Virus record (IMG/VR): IMGVR_UViG_3300022221_000006
Location: 1-64,000 of that record
Strand: one strand, 5' to 3'
DNA: 64,000 nt
Source: a virus
In this document: one piece after another, positions 28,801 through 38,100 of the stretch
How the letters are laid out: the number at the start of each line of letters is the position of its first letter
Position numbering within the stretch: the stretch's first letter is position 1
Notes under the pieces: model-generated
The model's input: only the letters and a program-made list of their open reading frames with translations
Told to the model about the DNA's origin: nothing
The model's database searches: none
Program-made: the position numbers and the translations under genes

Positions 28801-31800
28801 GGGATCATGGGTAAACTATATACCGTTGTCTCGGGTAAAGGGGGAGTTCTTTCCCAGTTGGTCTTCGGTAGACTAGGACCAACAGCTGGTATCGCAATGG
28901 TCTTAGGTGTCTTGGATATATTAGGAGCCTTTGATACATTATTTGAAGACTCCCCTTTGTTCCACTTAGCAGCACAGGGCGGTATCGTGGCTCTCATGTT
29001 AGGAGGTAATGGAGCAATCCAGTATGCGAAAAACTTTGCGATTGATAAAATCTTATCACCTATAGGTGACGCACTTCGTAGAGGGGCGATCAATATGGGG
29101 TTTGGTCAAATCCTTGCGAATGCGATGGTTACAGGCCAGGAAGGGTTTGTTGCCTCTACTCTTGCCTTTGTGACATCAGCGATTCAATCAGTAGGTTCCC
29201 GAATTGTAAGTTTTGTAGCACCTCTCGCTAGTAAAACATACGACTATTTACAGATACTGCTGTTAGGTCCTGATCCTGCTGCGACTATCGCAAAAATGAA
29301 ATTATACCTTATCGCAGCAATGGATTCAGGGAAAGCACTCTTGAGTGGGATTGGTGCCTTCTTATCGCCTCTATTAGCTAGTATGGGTTCTTTCTTTAAA
29401 GGATTAGGAGCACAAGTCTCTGGTTTGTTTTCCCAAGTGCAGACCGCCAGTGTGAGAGCAGCTTCCACAGCAACAAGTGTCGGTGGTCGTAACGGAATCT
29501 TTGGGAGAGTGATCTTCGGAGCTGCCGGTAGAACAGGTCTTGTCCTGGCCATCATTGCACTCTTGACACTTTTCAGCTCTTCAGCAAGTGCTGCTGATAA
29601 AGAAATTACAAACTTAGCAGGCAATAACCGTATTGGTCAGGCAGCTTCCTCCTTGAAGCAAGATTGGGAAGATATCCGCGACAACAATCCTCTGGCAGCT
29701 GCAGGTATTACAGCTCTAGGTGTGTTTACCACACTAGGTGTCTTCCTCGCGTATAAATTTAGACGTGATGTACTGACCTCTATGTTGAGTGCTTTTAACC
29801 CTAAAATTGCTTACAACTTCGGCTTTTCAAGTCTTAAAACAATCGCTAAAATCAAGTCGGCGATGCTGTCCTTGGGCCGTGTTATTGCAACATCTTTTGT
29901 TGCTTTTGAAGCAGGTTCTGCTATAGGTGAAGCTTTTGGAGGAGAAGAAGGAAGTATGATTGGGGGTACCATAGGTGTCCTCATCGCTGAAGGCCTGATA
30001 CGAGCCTTTGGAGGCACTTTCAAGAAGATCTTTTCATGGCGGTTAATATGGCCGATTATCACAGGAGCTTTTGCATTTATAGGTAAAGCACTGATAGGTC
30101 TTATCTTCTCTAAAATCGCAGCTGTTGTTTCTATTGTAGGTATTTTGGGTCTGCTCCTATTCGGAAAGAAAGGAGAGTTCTGGAATGATATTGGAAAGGC
30201 AATTCAATGGGTCAAAGAATTAATAGGGCTCAGTACAGAGGCTTCTAGAATAGATTCAAAGTCAGGGATTTCAAATGAAGCTCTTGGATTTGCAAACCTC
30301 AATCAGATAGATGTCGCTCATTCTTTAGAAGGTATCGACTTTGATAAGATAAGTGACCGTCAGACTGAACGACTGGAAGCAAAGCTTAATGAGGTGAATG
30401 ATGCAATTCTAGAAGCACAAGAGGAAGCTTCATTTACAAAGGATGGTAAGATTGTTGAAGATACAAAGAAATCTCTTGAGATACTCCTAAAGGGTACAAA
30501 GAACTATGTCGACAAACTAACAAGCCAGAGCCTTCCTAGCTATGATGAAATAGGTGCTGCCTTAGACTCTTTTAAGTTTACAAAGGAAGCAACCCTCTTC
30601 GATTCCATCCTCTTAAATTATCGCCAGGGAGCCTTAGATGTTCTCTATGGCTTAAAAGATGTCGCTATTTCTCTGAAGGGATTACCTGATGATATAGAGA
30701 AGCGTGAACGAGCAATTCTTGCAGACTCAAAGCTCACCAAGTTCAACGCTCGATTCGTTGATGATGATCCAATTCTGAATAGCATTATCAAGGCTCAGAA
30801 AGATTTCGGTGAACCAGGTAAAGATGCAAACATCACATCTGAAGAAGAACAGAAGTTAGTCGATCTCACAGCAGCATATATACGTAATTTGAAGATTGCT
30901 TCAGAAGAACGCATAGGACTGTTTGGGAACCGACAGGCATTCAATGTCGAGGCAGATAGTTATAAACAGATGGCCGAAAGCGCTGCTGTTTTAAACTCAG
31001 AATTCGCGAAGTTAAAGCGTCTCTCAGATCGCCGCAATGAAGTAGAAGCCTTCAATAAAGATATCAAGCAGATCAGCAATAATCTCTCACTTATTGGGAT
31101 TAATATAAAGACCTCTGAACTATTTGCCGAGGACTCTGATGCTCTAGACCGTGTACGTATATTAGGGCAGACCGCTCGAGATGTGACAGAGAATCTAAAG
31201 AATCTTGCAAGTGTTGAAGAGATGAGAGAATACCTTATCACACTTTCTAGTGTAAAGAAAGAGCTAGGGGAAATCAAAGAGCGAGCTGAGAATGCAGGTA
31301 AGTCAATGCAGACCATTGCTTTACAAAGTCTTGAGGGTCTAGGCGATAGTCTTTTCTCAGAGGAAACTGTTAGACGTCTTCCTGAAACACTTTCAAAGGC
31401 TATTACCGAGCTATCGCGTGAGTATAAGGATAACAGTGGATTTCTAGATCTTGAGTTCAGACCGGATGCCGTGAGTACTGCTAAGTTCAGACGAGACACT
31501 GAGCTGAAGATGCTCAATCTGAAGAAGTCTATACATGAAATAATGTTAGACCCTTCAAATATAGGTGGTGCCAAAGAGCTTGCCGAAGGTTTGGGTCTTG
31601 ACTTTGATTCGTTACTCAAGCACAAAGGTATTCCAGGCATTGTAGACGCTTTGTCAGACGTCCTTGCTCTGCAACACGATATCGATCTTTCAAAACTATT
31701 AGGTGATGGTGAAAAATATCGAGACGCCTCTCTAGCTCTGAAGAAATATATGGAGCTACTGACTAAGGCTCCTCAGACATTAGATACACTCTTGAGCGAT

Positions 31801-33579
31801 TTTAGCACATTGGGTGGTGATCTTAGTGTGGGTGACTTTGTGACTCTAGACTCTAGTACATTGTCTAGGATGCGTGAACTCTCTACAGGTCTCCATGAAC
31901 TCAATTATGAACTGGCTGAAATGGGTGAGAATTTTACTTCTGAAGAACTCAAACAGAAAATGGAAGATCGTCTAAACTTAATGGCAGAAGCTTCGAAGTT
32001 AAATCTTGAAAACCTGTATACAACACCTCAGCGTATTTTAGATGGTCTAGGTCGCGCAGGTATCTCAGATGAGAAGCTTGTAGCGCTTCTTCCAGAAGGT
32101 ACATTCCGGGAGTTTCTTGCATTAGATACAACTATTGAGGACCTACGAGCTAAACTCCAAGACCCTCGCAATGCTGACAGTTTTGAAACTATTGCAAAGC
32201 AACTACGAGATGCACTTCTGACTGTTGACTCTCTTGAAAATAGACTTAAGCATGCGAATTTAAGTATCGCTGATGAGAGAGATACTGTCAATAGTCTCAC
32301 AAGGTCTGAAACAATTGGAAAGATTACAGAAGTCTTTCCTCAAATGCAAGGCTTTACAGACTCTCTAAATCAATTACCTCTTACAGATCTTCGAAATCTA
32401 TTAACATCCTCGCTAGACTTTAAACAAAAGTTCAGTGATGCTGACTTCGGTGTTGATGAGTTGTCAGCAGAGCAAGAGAAACAAATACGAGATGCCTTTG
32501 TCAAGGCGTTTGCGGTGTCACAAGAGGCTTCGAATTTTGGTCTTACTGCAAAGAGCCTACTGCTAGATTCAGGAGTGGATTTCAAGGAATCAGCTTACAA
32601 TCTTGTCACCGAGACTGCTGATAAGCAAATTCAACAATTAGCCACCGAACTACGTGATGCAAAAGCTCAACTGAGTGCAGGTGGTAACGCAGCTACTAGA
32701 ATTGCTGCGCAACAGTTGGTAAATCAAAAGAGTCGTGAACTTAGTGACGCTCTTGAAGCAGCTACCTACGATGTCAAAGAAGAAGCTTATAAGGCAGGTG
32801 GAACGTATTTCGGAAATATAAAGAGTGGATTTCAGTCAGCCTTTACAGATGGACTTAAAGGAACAAAATCGGAAGAAGCCTCAACGTGGGTAACATTCCG
32901 TGACTCTATTCTTGACATGTTTACCTCTAATGTAATAGAGACATTCTCTGGCGGCTTTTCTGACTCCATGTTCGCCCCTATAAAAGATTCAATCATGTCA
33001 GCAGGTGCTGAACTGTTCTCAGCTGGAAGTGCAGAAGGTGAAGGTCTTACAGATACATTTGCTGATGGAATGGGTGCTGTATTTTCAAGTATGAAGACAA
33101 CATTGGCGGATGGGGCATCCAGTATCTATGACTATCTGTCTGAGATCGATTGGAGTCAAGTATGGTCAACAGTGACAAGCTTCTTTGGCTTCTCAGGTGG
33201 TGGTAGTATTCTCACCGCTGCTACAGGTGGTCGATTGGTAGGCCCTGGTACTGGCACTTCTGATTCAATGCTGGCAAGAGTGTCAAATGGTGAATATATC
33301 ATTAACGCTGCAGCAACACGTCGCAATCTTGACTTGTTAGAGGCAATTAACAGTGGATCTGTTAGCAGTTATGCTACAGGAGGTCTTGTAGGACCAAATC
33401 CAACGATGACTGATAATGCTAGAAAGTCGTCAGTCAATATTAATAGTAAATCGAAGACATCACAAGTCTTTAATCTTAATGTAACAGGGGATATCTCAAG
33501 ACAGACCCGTAGTGAGATTGTACAAATGATTCCCCAAATCGCGCAGGGTGTTGGCGCATATAACAATGAATTCGGATAA
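25858..33579 (+). CDS. tail tape measure protein (2573 aa)
   Basis: tape-measure domain QLGQGLAAGALRGQEL.SV.EQ, hydrophobic centre, C-terminal GPGTGTSDS..ARVSNGEY. Confidence 0.95.
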   Translation: MSGVIVDVDARTEKAERDLQQINKSLRGIETSASNAGKTISRAFVGIGAALTAHFSVSQVSGISTEFTNLSNQIAVVTGRTRELNKVQSELFNIAENTRASISNTVSTFGSLGRSLRGVESSNTKILTVTKAIQQATALSGASSESAKAAIVQLGQGLAAGALRGQELMSVMEQLPRAAIAIADGLEVPLGALRKLGESGKLTSEQVFNALLQQSEKIGQEFKSLAPTVQQSKNLLTDSLKIYISELDRGMGLSDRMGSSLQGWSKKIREASKGAYDLGNRIAYNLTIFKREIKQFVGPFANIGIAIAKQFKKALPKAFLTLTFEAMYRDVIRDLDKFTGGYISAWKRFKFIDIIKIESDVEIAIRTLKRLHPKYWAAGGFDVLSLKHFFSAENLNLYLRALQSLADAIESNIRSAASVFKSLAINIRFGTEAMLRFVGIIPESLVMFRVGHLKPFLKTVIEIARAITGTSLEFYRVGRLISEGLFPDIISVFRAMGDIMQQLFGRITSSSRLAKAIGYIKTFADSVMRLFEKVYMSVVGGSTWTDTMKGIYEKARSFLGKTRKALASFGEFVMTQFKKLADKNLWSKVGIAIHTAIFSIIPVAAWIIRSVIDIVTTSIVASLGMIGYLWAKTFNSLAEVAPKSIAKMIRRVRDFGLELTVLFAGVVIAVGRLLKALLWVVAALGKLFVMGAVFSFHALIYEISRLTEYLRGDAVHDIIDFGKKVIDVFAEIYDKVIGNSYWTDLIENIVNTSNSLWDSVKGGFFKFYNNIVSLFKSLNKRASLPTFEFKSSVSIPFIEDKSLLTRMKDRILEMYADVAERFPTMITGAVLAVAGIAVSLLFPAGEIKKALLSGIFLALIKAGTLIASALGKGVLDVNFVTSLARSAGNAVGNFIGGILRDLPATFDLLLGAAINFIRGVFEAVLTQIPILGTAIKGIFGILDATGTSGVAGVIGTLFLGKYIANVLGFFGLFTTPMAKMKGIMGKLYTVVSGKGGVLSQLVFGRLGPTAGIAMVLGVLDILGAFDTLFEDSPLFHLAAQGGIVALMLGGNGAIQYAKNFAIDKILSPIGDALRRGAINMGFGQILANAMVTGQEGFVASTLAFVTSAIQSVGSRIVSFVAPLASKTYDYLQILLLGPDPAATIAKMKLYLIAAMDSGKALLSGIGAFLSPLLASMGSFFKGLGAQVSGLFSQVQTASVRAASTATSVGGRNGIFGRVIFGAAGRTGLVLAIIALLTLFSSSASAADKEITNLAGNNRIGQAASSLKQDWEDIRDNNPLAAAGITALGVFTTLGVFLAYKFRRDVLTSMLSAFNPKIAYNFGFSSLKTIAKIKSAMLSLGRVIATSFVAFEAGSAIGEAFGGEEGSMIGGTIGVLIAEGLIRAFGGTFKKIFSWRLIWPIITGAFAFIGKALIGLIFSKIAAVVSIVGILGLLLFGKKGEFWNDIGKAIQWVKELIGLSTEASRIDSKSGISNEALGFANLNQIDVAHSLEGIDFDKISDRQTERLEAKLNEVNDAILEAQEEASFTKDGKIVEDTKKSLEILLKGTKNYVDKLTSQSLPSYDEIGAALDSFKFTKEATLFDSILLNYRQGALDVLYGLKDVAISLKGLPDDIEKRERAILADSKLTKFNARFVDDDPILNSIIKAQKDFGEPGKDANITSEEEQKLVDLTAAYIRNLKIASEERIGLFGNRQAFNVEADSYKQMAESAAVLNSEFAKLKRLSDRRNEVEAFNKDIKQISNNLSLIGINIKTSELFAEDSDALDRVRILGQTARDVTENLKNLASVEEMREYLITLSSVKKELGEIKERAENAGKSMQTIALQSLEGLGDSLFSEETVRRLPETLSKAITELSREYKDNSGFLDLEFRPDAVSTAKFRRDTELKMLNLKKSIHEIMLDPSNIGGAKELAEGLGLDFDSLLKHKGIPGIVDALSDVLALQHDIDLSKLLGDGEKYRDASLALKKYMELLTKAPQTLDTLLSDFSTLGGDLSVGDFVTLDSSTLSRMRELSTGLHELNYELAEMGENFTSEELKQKMEDRLNLMAEASKLNLENLYTTPQRILDGLGRAGISDEKLVALLPEGTFREFLALDTTIEDLRAKLQDPRNADSFETIAKQLRDALLTVDSLENRLKHANLSIADERDTVNSLTRSETIGKITEVFPQMQGFTDSLNQLPLTDLRNLLTSSLDFKQKFSDADFGVDELSAEQEKQIRDAFVKAFAVSQEASNFGLTAKSLLLDSGVDFKESAYNLVTETADKQIQQLATELRDAKAQLSAGGNAATRIAAQQLVNQKSRELSDALEAATYDVKEEAYKAGGTYFGNIKSGFQSAFTDGLKGTKSEEASTWVTFRDSILDMFTSNVIETFSGGFSDSMFAPIKDSIMSAGAELFSAGSAEGEGLTDTFADGMGAVFSSMKTTLADGASSIYDYLSEIDWSQVWSTVTSFFGFSGGGSILTAATGGRLVGPGTGTSDSMLARVSNGEYIINAAATRRNLDLLEAINSGSVSSYATGGLVGPNPTMTDNARKSSVNINSKSKTSQVFNLNVTGDISRQTRSEIVQMIPQIAQGVGAYNNEFG

Positions 33580-33591
33580 TAGAGGATTATT

Positions 33592-34308
33592 ATGTTTGGT
33601 ATTTTAAATGTAACTGATAACACGAGTGACACAGGAGACGACAGTCTTTTGAATGCTGTTTTTACAGCGCCTGTGTCAATTAGATCACATCGTATAAGGT
33701 CTTCATCTGACACGCTAAGCCTAAAGGTACGGCGCGCAGAGGGAACAGCTCAGAGATGGGAGTTCCAGACAGGTGCTCACATTATAAATAGCACAGGTCA
33801 CCATCTCTTCACACAGCGACTCATCCAGGGGATTTCTAATTCTGTTTACATCAGACCTCCTTTGCCCTTGAAAAAAGAGAGTCACACAGTAGGCCTCCTT
33901 CGAAAAAGCTCAGAAGTAGTTCCTTCAGAAGTCTCTCCTACAGATTCATCAGAGTATGCCTTTTCTGAGGGAACTGCGAAGACAAACGCTGCCTACTCTG
34001 CTGCGGCTTCTACTTTTGCGGTGACCTTGGATATTTCCTCAAAGATCTTTGAATCTGATTTTATTCGGTTCGCAGGGCATGATAAGCTGTATCTGATCCA
34101 TAATTTAGCTGTTAATAAAGACACGCATGTGGTTACCTTTGCAACAATCCCAGGGCTTGTAGCTCCAGTGGCAAATGCGGAGACAGTCTATCTAGGTAAG
34201 AATGCTACAGCAAAGTGTATACTAGATATGGATGCAGCTTCAGGAATGACTTATGGAGATGGTATTCTTGAAGACCTTGGTAACATAATCCTGGTGGAAG
34301 ATCTATGA
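33592..34308 (+). CDS. putative distal tail protein
   Basis: follows TMP; QRWEF, D.IRF.GH.K.Y. Confidence 0.6.
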   Translation: MFGILNVTDNTSDTGDDSLLNAVFTAPVSIRSHRIRSSSDTLSLKVRRAEGTAQRWEFQTGAHIINSTGHHLFTQRLIQGISNSVYIRPPLPLKKESHTVGLLRKSSEVVPSEVSPTDSSEYAFSEGTAKTNAAYSAAASTFAVTLDISSKIFESDFIRFAGHDKLYLIHNLAVNKDTHVVTFATIPGLVAPVANAETVYLGKNATAKCILDMDAASGMTYGDGILEDLGNIILVEDL

Positions 34309-35153
34309 AAACTATATCAGATGCAATGCGTGATCTCTTACAACGAGAAGCTACTGAGTCATTTCTTCTTGTTGAGATTGGTCCAAATCTAGCCTCTCAG
34401 TATTTCAGGTACGTAACACTTCCCTACGACTTTACTCATGAAACTAATGTATATTCAGCAAACCATAATATTGTTTCAATGGATGCACCTCGGCTTTCTA
34501 ACTCTGTCGATAAATCTACCTTCAAAATAACGCTAAGCGACTCCAACTTTGCAATGCGTCCTTATTTTGACGCCGGTGCTCAGGGTCAACTTTCTGGAAT
34601 CCCTATCACAGTAAAGGGAGGTTTTGTCAATAATACAGGTCAAATCGAGTATGGAACACCTCCAGGCTTTCCCTATGATGAGTTTTTCATAATATATAGC
34701 GGTGATCTTAATGGTGCGAACTACGCAATTACTCTTGAAGAAGAAGTTATGCTTGTCATTGAAGGTGCATCTCCGATGGCTGCTCTCGATATGTCACGCT
34801 CAATGATGATCTCGAAAAGCTATATGTCAAAGAAATTCAACGGTGACACCTCTTATGATGAGATATATGAAGGTTCTGACTCTATTAGTCTTGCTTGGGG
34901 GATGACTCCAAACAATTCTGTAAAGAAGGCAAGACAAGCATCCATGAACGGTGGCACTCTTAAGAAGCTTGTCAAGGTACGTGATGGCCGTGATGGCCGT
35001 GGAGATGGTCGTAGTAGTTATTATAGTCCTAACACAGGTGGCCATAGTAGTGGTAGTCCAGGCCACGGAAGTGGAGGAGGCGGCAGCGACCGAGGCGGTT
35101 CCACTGCAGGTGGTGGTGGTGGTGAAACAGGTGATATGGGGAGTTCTTTCTAA
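34305..35153 (+). CDS. minor tail protein with Gly/Ser-rich C-terminal tail
   Basis: synteny; D.S...I....LAWG end motif followed by a low-complexity extension. Confidence 0.6.
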   Translation: MKTISDAMRDLLQREATESFLLVEIGPNLASQYFRYVTLPYDFTHETNVYSANHNIVSMDAPRLSNSVDKSTFKITLSDSNFAMRPYFDAGAQGQLSGIPITVKGGFVNNTGQIEYGTPPGFPYDEFFIIYSGDLNGANYAITLEEEVMLVIEGASPMAALDMSRSMMISKSYMSKKFNGDTSYDEIYEGSDSISLAWGMTPNNSVKKARQASMNGGTLKKLVKVRDGRDGRGDGRSSYYSPNTGGHSSGSPGHGSGGGGSDRGGSTAGGGGGETGDMGSSF

Positions 35154-38100
35154 TGAGTGTAATAGCAGCAGTAGTTGGGTTAAGCGCTTATATCGGAGGT
35201 GCCACAATTCTCACCGCCGTAATGTTAGGCGCTTCTATAAAGTACCAACAGTACAAACAACAAAAAGCCTTGGACGCTATGGAGGCAGCAGCTGATGAAG
35301 CAAAAGGTTTTGAGGTTGTAACTGAGGGGGAAATTGATAGCGTCAAACTTGTATACGGTCGTGCAAAGATAGGTGGAACGAGAGTCTTGCATAGATTAAA
35401 GAGTAATTATGTCTATGCCGCCCCTGCTTTAGGTGGCGAAGTATTTGTCACGGAAGGTGATACTAGACTGGCAAGCTCTGTAGATAGTGTCCCTGTTCTA
35501 GGTACCATTAAGGTTATTTCAAACACAACTAGCTTCAACGGTGCTGTCGATGGTACTTGGGATAGCGACAACGAGACAATCACACAGCTAACTGTCTCAA
35601 GTGAAATCAGCAGATCATCTCCAACCGGTCCTTTTACAGTGACCACTGAGGTTGGTAAAGCAGCTATCTTCGGTAGTGCATACGTCGCGGTCAAGATAGG
35701 GCATACACCTTTCGATACCTACGGTGATTGGTCTGTTGAAGAAGGCAATGCTGAAGAGCCTATTGCGACTGTATTTAATTACAGAGTGGACTCGTATAAT
35801 AACACGACAGGTCTCTTAACACTAAAATTTCATTCCGCTACAAATCCTGAGTATCTATCAGGTACTAGAACCGCATCTCTTTCTGCAAACAAGAATGGTA
35901 GTAAGAATGAATTTCTCTTTATAAATCAGGTAATCTGTCATAAAGGTATCTCAGCCGTCCATTCTATTGATATAGACGGTCGTGACTTTAGACATCCTGA
36001 TTTCGGAGCTTCAGGGCGTATCCATGTGTATCGTGATGGTGGTATAGGTGATCCTATGCTGAATGCAAACATTACGGGACAAGCTGCCTCGTTGTTTCCT
36101 GAGACAGCGTATGCTTCGATGGTATTTAAACTAAATCGAGACGAACCACAGTACAGAGGAATCCCCGAGGTTGTCTTCTACGTTGATGGTTTCGAGTTAA
36201 GTCGCATTGATGAATCATTAGGAGTTTACACAAAGAGCTCTACAAAATATAGTTCAAATAACCCTGTATATGTGCTACTTGACTATCTAACAGCTGAGTA
36301 CGGTCGCAACTTAGATATTTCAAAAATTGACCTGGCTTCTTTTCATGCAGCAGCTCAGTTGTGTGAGAAGCAAGTCGATGCAGGATCTCTCGAAGATATC
36401 GATATCAATGGTGCATTATGGAATGAGAAAGTAAAGACTACAGGCACTCGTAATATTAAGCTATATGAATGTAATTTAGTACTTGATACAGCTGACGACT
36501 TTCGAAGCAATGTCAACAAGATTCTAGGAAGCATTCCTGAAGCTCACTTCATGTGGTCTGATGGTACCTATAAAATCAGCTTGAAATATCCAGAGGTTTG
36601 GAGCGCTGGGACTTGGCCTGCCGGTTCCATAGTTCAGTATGAGACTGGTGGTGTTATTGACTTATACCGCTCTACTGTATCAACAATCGAAGTTCCCGGA
36701 GCTGGAGTAGAGTGGGAGACAGGGCCTGACCCTCAACTTGTATCAGCCTATCTCACAGATGATGATATAATTCTTGAGAATGAGATAACAATGTCTTGGC
36801 CTGATCTTTCAAGTCGTCTCAACTACTGTACAATTACCTTTGTGAATGAATCTAAGGACTTTGAAAAGGATACCGTAAGTTGGCCTAATCGCTATGGACC
36901 TGGTCTTACTACAGTCTACGACACGTATCTCGCAGAAGACAACGGTATTGAATTAGAGACTTCTAAGAGTCCACATGGGATAACTACTGAGTACCACGCG
37001 ACAGCTTATGCTGAGATGATTGTCCGTAAATCCAGACATGCGCATGTTCTAGGGATGACTGTTACGAATGAATTCATGTACTTAGAACCAGGAGATGTAA
37101 TCCATCTCAACAGTACAGAGCTTAAGGTTCCTTCAGAGATATACCTTATCGATTCTCTAAAAGTCTCTGCACAAGGAAATATCGATATTCAATTGACAAA
37201 GTTCGATGCTCGCATTCTTGCCTGGAATGCTAAAGATATGGAAGTTGTCTCTAAGCGTTCTATCTATTCAGGTGATCTACCACAGGTGACGGGTCTTGCA
37301 TACACTCCTCCTGCTCCTGGAAAGGCTACGTTGACAGGCGGAAACCTTACATGGGATCCTTCTACATATAAAACAGCTCTTAAATATAATGCGTATATTG
37401 CAGGTGGTCCGGCTGATATCCAAGACTTTAATACGGTTTGGGAATTTCTAGGTTCTTCTACTTCGAACAGTCTCACAATGCCTCCCTTTACGCCAGGTCG
37501 TTATACATTGACTGTTGTCGCTGAGGCTCTTAGCGGTAAGGTTCCTCCGGTGTACAATCTCACAACCGGTTCTCGATGGCCTTTACTTACCGTGGATATT
37601 GCTGATAGCTTACTAGGCGGTAATCAGTTTGCACTGACACTTTATAAATACTCCACAACAGATCTTACAGGAACTTCTGTAGAAGGTGGATCCTTTGATT
37701 TCACAAATCATGTGACAACACCACCAGTAGGGTATTATGTATCCGAGGGTGTTGCACGTGAAAACGCAACTGATCCTTTACAGCCGGGCGATCTATATGT
37801 ATCTACGGCTGTAGCTTCTGTAAACCACCCTGCTACAATCGATATAAGTCTAGCCTGGACAGCCTTGGAACTCTTCGATCCAAAGACCACTCAGAAGACC
37901 ATTAAGTTCTATGCACGAGTTCCTGCTGCTGAACCAAATCCTTCAGCTCCTTCAGGCGGCTCCTATTTATTTCCAGAAGGCCCTGTCACACCTCCCTCCT
38001 CTGCACTTGCATCAGGTAGTTACACAGGTAAGAGTTTTTCAGTGGCGACTCAGATCAATGGTTCACCTACCGATCTTGCATCAGCAATAATAAGTGTAGA

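Noticed and set aside
26575-33713. Long minus-strand ORFs (e.g. 28158..29093, 30960..31640)
   Set aside because: Antisense shadows of the tape measure gene with no recognisable motifs; the window is uniformly + strand coding
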